Shown here piece by piece: positions 1 to 12,113 of a stretch of DNA of 64,000 nucleotides (its first letter is position 1; each line of letters opens with the position of its first letter). A program made the translations under genes and the position numbers. This stretch comes from Intoshia linei (lineage: Eukaryota; Animalia; Orthonectida). The notes under the pieces are model-generated. The model had not been told where the DNA came from, did no database searches, and was given only the letters and a program-made list of their open reading frames with translations. The stretch spans positions 1 to 64,000 of the forward strand of contig LWCA01000036.1 in assembly GCA_001642005.1 (NCBI GenBank), given 5' to 3'.

Positions 1-2527
1 GTTTCTAGTCATAAAAAAAAGCTTTAAATTTCAAATTGAAAATGGGACAAAAAAATCAGTCAATATTCATGATTCTATGAAATATTAACCAAAGGATATA
101 AAATATTAATTTTTCACAAAGAAGATAGATAGTATAGACTTTTTATTGATCTGATAAAATATGTAGTAAACAATTAATGATGTACTGTAAACAATACTTG
201 AAAAACATGTTCCATTTTGAGAACATTGAGGGGTTAAAGGTAAATATTAATAGTTCATCAAGTTTATCATCTCACAAAAATAGAGTACTCCATGTCTTTT
301 GATCATTATTTGTTTCACCCAAATGTAATGATTTATTAAAAATTGTCATTATTATTAATTTTTTTGGGGGTCCACAGGTTTTTTGTAATATCATGTTAGG
401 AATCCACAGCAAGTGTTGAGAATGCCTGATTTAAATGGTAAAAAGGTAAGGCTCCGACTCAGAAGTCAGTACGAAAGATTTGTAATTTTTGATACCACGG
501 CTAAATCGTGATTGAAATGTGTAATTTTAAATTTTTAAAATATAATGAAGTGGTCCATCCTTTTAATAAACATTAAATATTACGTGAACAGTTAAGTCCT
601 TGCTTAACTATTCCATTCATAAAAACATGGCATATATCACAAAACGTAGGTGACTGGAATGAGCATACACTGAGAACGTGAGTTTGTTTTTTCTCGTTAT
701 CTTTTTTGGAATCTAATTAAATCAATTAAAATTAAAAATGAAAAATAAAAATACACGCATAATCATCTAAAAATAAAATTGAAAACCAACTAAAAGATCA
801 ACTAAAGAACAACTAAAATTTTACCTTTTTTCAATATAATTCGGTTAAAAATGAAAGGCAACGATAGCGTTTTGTTGAAAACACTCTTTCTATGGCTTGA
901 ATTGGTGTTAGAATTCGACATGGAACCATGAATCAATATTAAAAAACAGTAGGAACAACTGTTTATAATTCCAGTAATTTAATCCATTAATTTGAAATTC
1001 AAATTTCATATTGCATAGTAAAACATCAATAAGGCTAATTTAGTGTTTAAGTTTAGTGTATCAGTTGAAAGTAAACCCGAAACAAAACCATTAAAAAATA
1101 AAATCAAACAACAGCAAGACGCAAGAATGTCGATTTCATTCCAAATAAACATTGAATCGATATTATTATAGTTTACGACTTGTAAAAAATCAATAATCGT
1201 TACACTCAATACTCTAGCATTATTATATTTATAATTAATTTTAAAATGTAGAAAAATTCTTTGCATTCAATGAAGTAGGGAAGCCGATAGGCGTTTTAGA
1301 CATGGTTACGGAGACCCTTGCATATGAGTGGATCTGGTTGTTACTCACTGTCACTTGTATGCATTGTCATTTGAAACTACACATTGTATCACTAAAATAT
1401 ATTATTGTTTGGTTCATTTTTATTTACATGTACAGATGTTACGTTCATCATTACTTTTTAAAAGGTTGCAATTGATTTAATTTAATTCGATTACAAATAT
1501 ATTTCACAATTGATTTTTAAATGGAAAATGCACACATTTAGTAAATATACATTTAATTTAATTTAAAAAAGTAATGAGCTAATACTGATGATGAGCTTTA
1601 GTATTTATCATGTTGTCATTATTTATGTTGATACTACATATGTAAAGTATATAAAATTTTATTTTTTCTGTTTTAAATCGATATTTTCATTTATTTTACA
1701 TACTTTTCCATAAGTAATATAAAACTGAATTTTATACAAAAATAGTAAACCAGCACTGGAAAATAAATAGTATCAGTAATGTTATATATCTTTATTTTAT
1801 ATTGCTAAATTAATTAATCAATTACATGTATTATTTATTAAGTTAATTACAGCGTCTTATTGTTTATAATTCATTCTAACTTGCCAATCAGCTGGTACTA
1901 TTAAACTGATACATTATGAAAATAAGTTACGAAAAAACGTAAAGATACGCCCACCACAAAATTTACTACATTACAGAAGATATAGACATTTATAACACAA
2001 CACAAAGTTAGTTTTCGAATCGTGTTGACTAGATTATAAACGTTCGTGATTATGTTCTGAACGTATAGATGACATATTGAAAGTTCATGATCGTGACCGT
2101 GTTCGATTAAATGTAATTAAATTTAACGATTATAATTAACTTTTAACTATAACAATTATAATTATTATCAATGAAATTATAAATTTCATATGGGAATCCA
2201 AACTTGGGAAAGTTTTGTAAGATTTTATGGTATAAAAATCCAGAGGTGGGCAAAATACGGACTACTGAATTTTAAACATTTTTATAATTTAGATAAATTT
2301 AAAATTTTGCTAACATGATATTGCAGTATTCAATGTATATTATACGTATACGTATAATATTTTTAAATGTTAAATTTGCAGAAATTAGACGATTCTTTTC
2401 TATATTTTTAAAAAAAATTCGGAGAAGCCTAGAGAGGGCCTTAAGTAAGATAGATTCTGCTATTTCTAATCAAATTTTCAATGTTAATTTTAATAGACGT
2501 TCAATGGACGTCATCCATTCTCTAGAG

Positions 2528-3377
2528 CAGGGGCGTACAACCTTTCCACCAATTCAGCCACAATTTCTTTTCTCATTGATACTACGGCCGCACAAAATTT
2601 ACTTTGACATTGAGAAAGTTTACTCTGGACCTAAATTTTAAGTCTAATAAAATAGTTTTCTTTAAATTTTAATATGAGCCAGTTTTAATTAATAATTTTT
2701 AATTAAAATTAATCTTTAATTAACTCATATAAATTAACACCATATTTGTAATTTATCTCAATCGGAATAAATAGCAATAGTAGGATTAATGCAGTGCTTC
2801 TCATGGAGGTGACTGGTCACCACAAGAGATAAATACGAAAATTTAAATGATTGTAGGCGAACCTACAATTTTTAAAATATTTCATTAAATCATCCAATTT
2901 ATTATAATCTTATGAGAAAAAACCAAAATTTTACCAACCCTTAAAGAAGAAATCCCTTTTGACCAATATTTTTTTTAAAAATCCATTTTTACCAAAGTTT
3001 TAGAATGAAAACTACCCTATCTGATTCCAAAAAAAAAAACCAAATTTTATCAACCCTTAACGAAAAAAATTAGCTTTTACTAATATTTTTATGAAAAATC
3101 CCATTTTACCAAATTTTTAGATCAATAATTTTATCCTGACTGATTCCATAAGAAAAAATCTCCTTTTACTAATATTTTTTTGTAAAAACATTAATCATTA
3201 ATTTTTCGGTAACTAATTAATAATAATTGGACAACAGAAAAAAGTTCCATTAAAAACCGATTTATTGATACATTTGAGTGGAAGACATACAAAAATATGT
3301 AAATATTAATATTGACATAAAAAAAATATCAGTGACTGCCTTCATTTTGTGTGCCCTTCGCTAACATTTGAGAACAT
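2528..3377 (+). mobile_element. Composite non-autonomous hAT (Charlie-like) element, partial copy; reverse complement of 34852-35889
   Basis: Starts CAGGGGCGTACAA after CTCTAGAG (NTCTARAN-type site). Near-collinear reverse-complement match to ~35000-35889. Inner CAGTGCTTCTCA terminus at ~2792 and TTTTACCAA...CCTTAA subrepeats. Confidence 0.8.
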
Positions 3378-5736
3378 TCGTTCTAAAACTATCTTCAAAA
3401 TCTTTACAAATAGGATGAAAAAACTCCCATAAATCCGATAAATATCAATTTTAAAATCTTATGTCTTCACGGCTAAAACTACAAATTATTTTTTTTTTAA
3501 ACATGAAAAAAGTCCTAGAGATTTATACAACATAATTGTAGGATAGTTTTTAAAATCATAAGAATTTTTATAAATAGCAACCTCAAAAAGACAATTTTCA
3601 CGATCAAATTCCAGTTAACACACACAAAAAATTTCAATCTGACAAAATGACGTCTTCACAGTGAAAAAAGCACTTTATTATTGATTTTTTTTATTTGGAA
3701 AATATATTTTATGTTATTAAAACAAAAAATTTGAAATAATTAATGGTCGTGCAATTAAAAAAAAGATGATACTGATACAGCTTATTCCGGTTTATATAGA
3801 TACAAAATTTCAACCACAAAAATTTTGATTTAACATTTTTTGCTTGAAGATAGTGAATACATTATTACATTACATCCACAAAACAATGATTTTAAATTGA
3901 ACAATAAGCACACAGAAAATTCCCAAATTCCATAAAAATAATAAATTATAATACAGGCCTTCAATATGAACCTTCAATTTCGTTTGGTTGTGGATCCCAT
4001 TTCTTCAGATCCTTGGGATCCACTGACAGCATATTGAAAACACCCACCCTAATCTACACAATAAAAATAGAATTACCAGACATGTCCATATATAATAATT
4101 TTTAGTATGTTATTCAAGAAATTACAATGTATTAAAAATTAACATATTAATGTTATATATTATAATATTAATGCAAATAAATAGATAACCACAAAAATAA
4201 TTTTGAATAACCTATATAATTAAAAAACTGAAATATTGAACATAATTTTTTTATTCAATGATATCAGTATATACTCCATTATAAAAAGTATAACAATACT
4301 TAATGAGGTTTTCATATTAATTCTTGTAATTTTTATATCACATGTTAAAGTTAATTGAATTAATGTATTTTATCGATTGTTGATAAATTAATCAATATGA
4401 TTAACACTTACATGCATATAAATACGTATTATCTTTAATATAGTTTGGTTTTTTAATTTTATCAGTTTTATGAAAATATGGTTACCTTTAAGTAAAACAA
4501 AGATTTTATCTCCTTTATTAATTTCCGGTAAAAAATTTTCATTTAACAATATTAAATTTTTTGGATTTTCGTATGAATACAAGTACATTGAAATGACTGA
4601 TTTTATATAATCACAATCTTCTACTGGATATTGCTAAATATTTATTATTAATTGCATTATTTATTCAATGTCAATTAATTACATAATCACATTTTATTCT
4701 TTAACTCATCACATACAATAGAACCTCCACTATTCGTCTTCCGTTATTACCCAATAATTTTTCTGATTTTTCTCGACAGGTTTAGTAAAATCGTATTTTG
4801 AAAAAAATATCGGTAAAAGTCGATTTTCCCTAAGGATTTAAAATGGTATTTTTTATTAAGGCTTAGGCTTAGGCATTATTATGACTAGGATAAAAGTGGG
4901 ATTTTTTAAGTAATACTGTAGCGGTTGTCTAGGCTTTGGGTTAAAATCCAAACATCTGGCAACTCTGGTCTAAAAATTTAGAAATAGACTGTAAGGTTGT
5001 GTGCACTGATAATATGATATTGTCAATAAATTTTTGTTACTATCGATTTTTATATTTAATTTCAATCTAAGTTTATTACAGATGGATAGATTAATCGTAC
5101 TCTACAGTGTAGAACAGATAGTTTATACAATACAACTGTACAAGATAGTTTATAAATTATAAACAACAAAAATATTTTAAAATTAATTTAACAAAATTTA
5201 TTATCCTAATTATCAAATCATTCTACATATTAAACTATTTATCATTTCATCAAATTAACTTTTGGTTGATTATTGTCATATTTTGAATAAGCATACAAAT
5301 TGATTATATTTTACAACAAATATAATACATATTCAATAGCCAAAAGTTTAGTTAAAAAAAAAAAATCAGTCGAATTTTACCAAAATTGCAAAATATTGTA
5401 ATAAATATAAAAATGATATTAACAAAGTTGTATTAATTTTAGTTTCGTTGTTGTAGTTTCTATTTAAATTTTATTAAACATGTTTTGAATATGAGAATTT
5501 GAAATTTAAAAATTGCGTAGCAATGAAAAAAATTCCGAAGAAATGAATTATATATATTTTCACTCATATGTTTTTATTGAAAATGTGTAGACCAGTGCTT
5601 CTCATGGGGGTGACTATTCACCCCAAGGGGTGAATCATAAATTTTTAACATATTTTATTCAATTTAGTCAAATATGTGAAAACCAAAATTTTACCAACCC
5701 TTAATGAAAAAATCCCTTTTTACCAATATTTTTTTG

Positions 5737-6097
5737 TGGATGTTAACAGGATACAACTGTACCACCTGTAAATTTTTTGAAATTCTAGGGCTGTTTTCAT
5801 AAAAAAAGGGTAACTTTTGGTTATGATTTTGATGTAATGTTTATGATTTTAAAATCCGTATCAGCGTATATATTTTTTTAAGTTCTCCAACTTGTTTGAT
5901 TTTTAAAAAAAATGACAATTCGGGTTATTGACCCGTAAGATGTGAGTTTGGGAGGTTGAAATTTATTCTGCGAACACTCCCGGAAAGAACTGTAATTGAA
6001 ATTTGGACTTTATAAAATTTTAAAACGGGTAGTTATTTAAATAAAGTGGAACACACACACAAACAAAAATCGCGTAGCATACTATATAAGTAAGGAT
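5737..6097 (-). mobile_element. Dispersed repeat family B fragment with a Helitron-like 5' end
   Basis: Matches ~9300-9695 and ~63870-64000. Minus strand begins A|TCCTTACTTATATAGTATGCTACGCG followed by a (GTTT)/(GT)n microsatellite. Confidence 0.55.
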
Positions 6098-6869
6098 ATC
6101 TAATAGTCAAAATTTCAGTTAACAAAAAAGAATCATTTTTGAAAAATGGCTAAAATTGGTATACACATGAAATGTGTATGTCATACACCCAACTTTTTGA
6201 TAAATTAATTGTAATACAGATTGATTAAAAAATAATTAACTTTAAATTAAAATTAACTTAATTTTGTTCGACCAATAACTATCGAAAAAAATAAAGGTGT
6301 ATATAGATTTTTGCAACAGTATTATAATTAACAACATCGTTTTTAATTAATATAATCAAATTCTGTGAATACCTGTCTACTTTTTAACATTTTTAGTAAA
6401 TTTGTACATTTGTATAGAAATAAAAAAAAAAAATATTTAAAGCATATTCGTACTTCCTTCGTCAAAAATGATATATGTAACTTTTAGACAATTTGAATAT
6501 AAACCATATATGTATCAAATTGGCATATATAGTGTATAAAAAATAAACATTTTCAGTCTAACACGGGCCGCAATTTGTCAATAGCAATTCTACATGTCTG
6601 TCTTTTAATACAAAATAGATTAATATGACCTAGAATACTGTATATTTTCCCGGTGACTTCATAAATAATTGCTAGATATAATTATTTCAAAATTGACCCC
6701 GTCAGAAGACTACATTGTCATCATGATCGTTGATCTTAAAAAAATCAATTTTTTTAATATTAAAATATAAGGAATGCTTATTCAAATAATTATTTGCCTA
6801 CACAAAAACGGCTGCCCGTGTCTTTATAATATTTAAATACAACAGAAATTAAAATGATCAAAAATTTTA

Positions 6870-7005
6870 CACTTTTAACTAGTTTATAAGCTACAGTTAG
6901 AATGTCATTGAACGTAGAATCCATACTAATGGGAATTTTTTCAGAACCAAACTGTACGCATACATCATAATCAATAGATAATTGTGTCAAAGATTTTGAA
7001 TTCAT
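6870..7005 (-). CDS. Probable first exon of an uncharacterised gene, head-to-head with the arylsulfatase
   Basis: ORF MNSKSLTQLSIDYDVCVQFGSEKIPISMDSTFNDILTVAYKLVKS followed by a GTAAAA donor. Downstream exons could not be phased unambiguously. Confidence 0.35.
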
Positions 7006-7313
7006 TGTATTTTATTCTAAATGAGTAATGTGACTTGATGCAATATTTGATAATATAAACTGTTAATATAAATATTTACTTTATGCCACCTTCAGAAACA
7101 TAAATATACTTATATATTAAAGATATAAAGTAGATTTTCAACTTAAAAATAAAATGTGTAAATATTAAACAATAAAAATTGATTTTGATTATTGATTTTG
7201 ATAATCTCGATACTCGATTTATAAATTTATCAATTTTCATGCATAACAGATTGTATAACTAAATACATTAAACATACTTGTATCCTTAGAATAAATTTAC
7301 ATTTTTAGATATT

Positions 7314-10300
7314 ATGTCTATTTTTAATATTGAATTTTATCTTTTTTATGGAAATTTTCTCCTTAATATTTGTAGTATTCAAAAACCCAATATAATCTTT
7401 TACTTGGCTGATGATTTGGGATATGGTGATTTATCATCTTATGGGCATCCCACTCAAGACGAAAATGTCATTGATTTTATGGCTAATCATGGGATTAAGT
7501 TTACTTCCATGTACAGCGTTGCCACCTTTTGTACTCCGAGTAGATCAGCCATTTTAACAGGTTAATTGCTATTTTAGGCATTTTATAAAGTCATTAATTG
7601 ATATCAATCTTTTCAAATACTGTCACTGTTTGTATTTTGAAGATTAATATATTATAAATTATCTACTTCAGTGATTCTTAAACTGAGATACTTCCAGTTT
7701 TGAGTGGTTGGAATTCATTTATTAACCTTTTCACTGTCTGATGCAATTTTATGTACTATCACCACACGTCTGGAATTTAGGTTTTAATTTAAACTAGTAT
7801 TATTTTTAAATTACCTATGTGAAAATGTATGAAAATAAAATAATAAAGTTTTTCAAAATTATGCTGTGTATATTATAGAATACACAGACGTGAAGTGAAA
7901 TTGCTGTGTATAGTATAGATTCTATACTATAGAATACACAGACAGTGAAAGGGTTAAGTATCAAATCATTTGCAAATGATAAAATTTATAATTGTTTCTT
8001 GATAAAGAAAGCGTTAATTTTTGAGATTGATTTTTTATGGCTATAACTATTTTAAACTTCTAGGAGTCGGTTTTTTCATTTTGCAAAATAATGGATTATT
8101 TGAGGTTTTAACAATGAAGATTCAAATTTCAGAAAGTAAAATTTTGATACTATAAATCACATTTCATGAAAAACTGTATTAAAACTTGTATGTTTTAAAT
8201 TGAGGGCTCTAGTTTTTTAATTTTTAAATTAAGTAATTTGAAGTTTTGCCTAGAAAAAATTGAATGGAATTTTTTTAAATATTTGGGACAGTGTTTTTTA
8301 AATAAATGGTTACATATGATAATGATTGGTATAATGATAAGCATTTAATATACAGGATAACAAAATTTCAGGTGTTGGTGACCGAAAAGGTTGATTTATC
8401 TTTAAAGTATAACATTTTTAGGTATTCAACCCAATAGATATGGGATGAATGGTCCATCTCAAGTCCATTTACCATTTAAAAATTTTGGATTACCGAGAGA
8501 CATAATGACGATACCAAAACACCTTCAAAATAATAATTATTATACAGGCATGATTGGTAAATGGCATTTAGGTATCAACAAATATAATTCTTCGGATGGG
8601 TATTATTTGCCAAAACACTATGGATTTAATTATGTTGGATACAACTTACCATTTACATTAAATCGTCTTTGTGACCAGGAAAATGTAAATATCTATTAAT
8701 TTATAAGCATATACAATTGACGTCACATTTCCAAATCATTTTTCGTCCTCCCACAGATTACTAATCACTCGTTTTAAATTTTAAATAAAATTGAAATTTA
8801 CGAAATACAAGGGTATGTCAGTTTTACTCAACCGCAGTACCCTAAAAATATTTTCGATGATTACATGTATACTAAATGGATATCGAATTTATCGAGCTAT
8901 TTTTATCGATACAAAATATAAAATCTAAACTAACATAATTTATAAATTAAATCATTACCGAACCTAACTATCTACAAAGGGGTTCGACGAAATTTTTGCA
9001 AAAATGGGGGCATCACTTTTCCGAATTTTTTCATTTTTAATTTTAATCCAACATTTGAAAAATATTGGTTAATAAAATATTAAAAATTATTTTTCACCGG
9101 GAATGCGTAGATTTCTGGGGTTAAAATTGTGTGTTTATATCAACTGGAATAAGCTGTATCAGAATAATCTATATTTTTAATTGTAGGAACGTTAATTATT
9201 TCAAATTTTTTGTTTTATTAAAATAGTTTCGAAATAAAAAAAAATGAATACTAAAGTGCTTTTTTGACCACGAATCGTCACTTAATGAGCTGAAATTTTT
9301 TTGTGTGTTAACTGGATATAACTGTATCATTCGTAATTTTTTTAAATTCTAGGGCTGTTTTCATTAAAAAAAGAAGGGTAATTTGGGGTTTTGACCTTGA
9401 AGATATAATTTTTTTAAATTTAAATTTATGATAATATTTATGATTTTAAAATCCGTATCAGCTTATATATTTTTTTAAATTCTCCAACTCGTTTGATTTT
9501 CAACAAAAAGGACAATTGGGATTTTTGACCCGTAAGATGTGAGTTTGAAAGGTTGAAATTTATCTTATTATACGTCCAGGAAAAAACTGTAATTGAAATG
9601 TGAACTTTATAAAATTCTAAGACTGGTAGTTATTTCAATAAAATGGAACACACACACAAAAAAAAAAAAGCGTAGCATATTACATAAGTAAGGATGATAT
9701 TTTGAATGCAAATTTGCATTCGTTTTATTTTATTGTTAAAATATTCAATGCAAATTGGAATCATTTTAGCTGTAGGTTTAAAGGTGGTTACAAATTAATT
9801 CTTTCTCCCTCCTACCTAAAACCCCACTTATCCACGTTAGATAAATATAAAAGAAATCCAAAATGATTGGAAAAGCGACTAATTTAATTGAAAATATATG
9901 ATTAACAAATTATTTATACTTGAATAGTATTATGTGTCTAAACCCAACAATTCTTTTTCGTTCATGTATTACGCAGACGATATTGTTGAACAACCTATTG
10001 ATACAAAAACACTGACCAATCGATTGATTGATGATGCCATCAATTTTTTGTATCGTTATTTAGATAAAACAGACAAAAAAGACAATTTTTTCCTTTATTT
10101 CAGTTTCCCCCAACCCCATGCATCAATTTTTAATAATGATCAATTCAAATACACATCGAAAAGAGGTAATTTAATACAGTAAAATATTTTATGTCATATT
10201 TATCAATTTTTTAATCTTCTTGGTCTCTTTAGGAAGATATGGAGATCAAATCAACGAAATGGCATATGCCATTGAAAAAGTAGAGTCATTTTTAAAAAAA

Positions 10301-11499
10301 CACGAATTGTACCAAAATACATTGAGAATATTCTCGTCAGATCACGGTGCCGATGTTTTACTTGGTCCACAAGGTGGTAATAATGGTTTATTACGAGGTA
10401 TTTAAAGTTTACTATATATTGTCTTCTATCAATTTAAATTTGTCTCAATTTGTAGTAGACAGTATCTAAGTTTGTCTCTGGTATGTTTGCAATTATTAAT
10501 ACTTCACTTTAATATTTCACTAAAAATATCACGTATTTAGTTGCAAACATACCAAATTGATTAAAGAACTTTTTCACGAAAATTCCACCCAAAAATCCGA
10601 TTTTATCAAATGTGAAAAACCATAAAATTTTAACCACTCTTAAAAGCACCTCATTTATACAATTCATGAATGATTGAGTTTAAAAAAGATGAATTAACGA
10701 AAATTATGAAATTATTTATTAAAAATCAATTATAATTATAATTTTTAATCCAAAAATCAAGATTTATCGGGTGCAATGTTCGTTAGAAAAATCACAATAT
10801 GTATCTAATTTAAAAGGTTCAAAGTCAGACTATTGGGATGGAGGATTACGAGTACCATTTATATTTTATTGGCCGAAATATATAAAAAAATTTCAAATTA
10901 TTAGAAAGCCATTTTCTCTCTTGGACATATTTCCAACAATATCAACTATAATAAACAAAAAAAACCCAGAAATAAAACATGATGGAAAATCAATTTTAAA
11001 AAAATTGACATTAAATTTCTCAGATTTGTCTATTAATAATAACGAGGATCCAATACTATTTTATTGTCATCAAATGTTAATTGCTGCTAGATACAAAAGA
11101 TTTAAATTTTATTTTTACAATCCTACTGGGACAATTGCAAAACTGTTTGATTCAATGAAATTAAATAATAAAACTAAAAATACAAAAAATGAAAACATTA
11201 AAAACTTTCATAACTTGAACCAAAATTATATCAAATCATGTTCAGAAATGAAAAAATTGGAAAATATTAAAATATACGATGTTGATAATAATCCTTCTGA
11301 AAATTTTGCTATTGAAATGGACGAATATCAAAAAAATGTATATTTAAAAGATATTGATAATTTTATCAAAAAAAAAGAAAAATTGTTTGAAAATGTCAAT
11401 TTTACATTAGAATCTCATATAGTTTCTAAAAAATTCATACCATGTTGTGGACCCGACTGTTATTCTAAAACGTTTTATGCAAAATGTAATATTAATTAA
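7314..11499 (+). CDS. Arylsulfatase (ARSA/GALNS-like, formylglycine-dependent); 5 exons: 7314-7560, 8422-8684, 9928-10165, 10233-10397, 10817-11499
   Basis: [16 protein letters not shown], the catalytic signature [11 protein letters not shown] (C-x-P-x-R), GKWHLG, SSDHG, G[13 protein letters not shown] and a C-terminal PCC. All four introns are GT-AG and phase-consistent. Confidence 0.92.
7726..7953. mobile_element. piggyBac-type MITE in arylsulfatase intron 1
   Basis: TTAA|CCTTTTCACTGTCTG ... CAGACAGTGAAAGGG|TTAA: 15-bp TIR with one mismatch and a TTAA target duplication on both sides. Confidence 0.85.
8980..9695 (-). mobile_element. Dispersed repeat family B (long copy), in arylsulfatase intron 2
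   Basis: Shares long blocks with ~3420-3840, 5737-6097, 13500-14050, 23400-23860, 42880-43450, 46750-46940, 51400-51560 and 63610-64000. Recurrent TTTTGACC(N)TGAAG subrepeat. Confidence 0.7.
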
Positions 11500-11553
11500 A
11501 AATAAAACAGGGTTTGTTCTGACTATTGTTCTGACGTTCGTTATTTCTATCAA

Positions 11554-11769
11554 CAGGGTCGTGGTAGCAAACAGTGTGTTGGGGTCACATAAAAATTAAA
11601 TTTGTACAAATAGAAAAATTAATACGATATCGTGTGCCCGGTCGGGTTATTTACTCTTTTATGTATTGATTAATATAACATACTTTTAACACTATGAAAT
11701 TTTTTTTATAACATTACTTATTAACTTAGAATATTAGGCCCATCATATGCCACCCACTCTACGGCTCTG
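11554..11769. mobile_element. hAT MITE
   Basis: TIR CAGGGTCGTGG / CTACGGCTCTG, flanked by TCTATCAA and TTTATCAA (8-bp TSD, 7/8 identical). Confidence 0.7.
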
Positions 11770-12113
11770 TTTATCAACATCTTAAAATTAAATGTATTGT
11801 TAGTAATGGTCAATGATCATTGAATCATTAAATATTTTAACATGTAAATCTAATTTCGCATCGACCCAGGTAAGATATGTTTATACGATGACAAATAAAA
11901 TAATGGAACGATAACAATTACATATTAAAGTCAAAACGTTTTGAGTTCAATTTGAAACATACAACTTACCAACAATTAAATATACTTTTAATGTTGATAT
12001 GAAAAAATCAAGTCACCAATGAAAATAAATAGAGATATTTATTTTTATGTAACAACATATAAACATTTATACATAAAAAAAGAATTTTTTTTAATTTCAA
12101 CAAAACAAATATA

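Noticed and set aside
1006-1380. Minus-strand 86-aa ORF and an upstream GC-elevated tract
   Set aside because: No recognisable domain and no consistent splice model. Left uncalled.
2315-2641. 108-aa ORF
   Set aside because: It runs into a MITE terminus at 2528 and has low-complexity AT-driven composition.
2920-3180. Regularly spaced TTTTACCAA...CCTTAA units that look like a CRISPR array
   Set aside because: The units are degenerate, spacers are not unique, and they recur as internal subrepeats of hAT MITEs. The context is eukaryotic with no cas genes.
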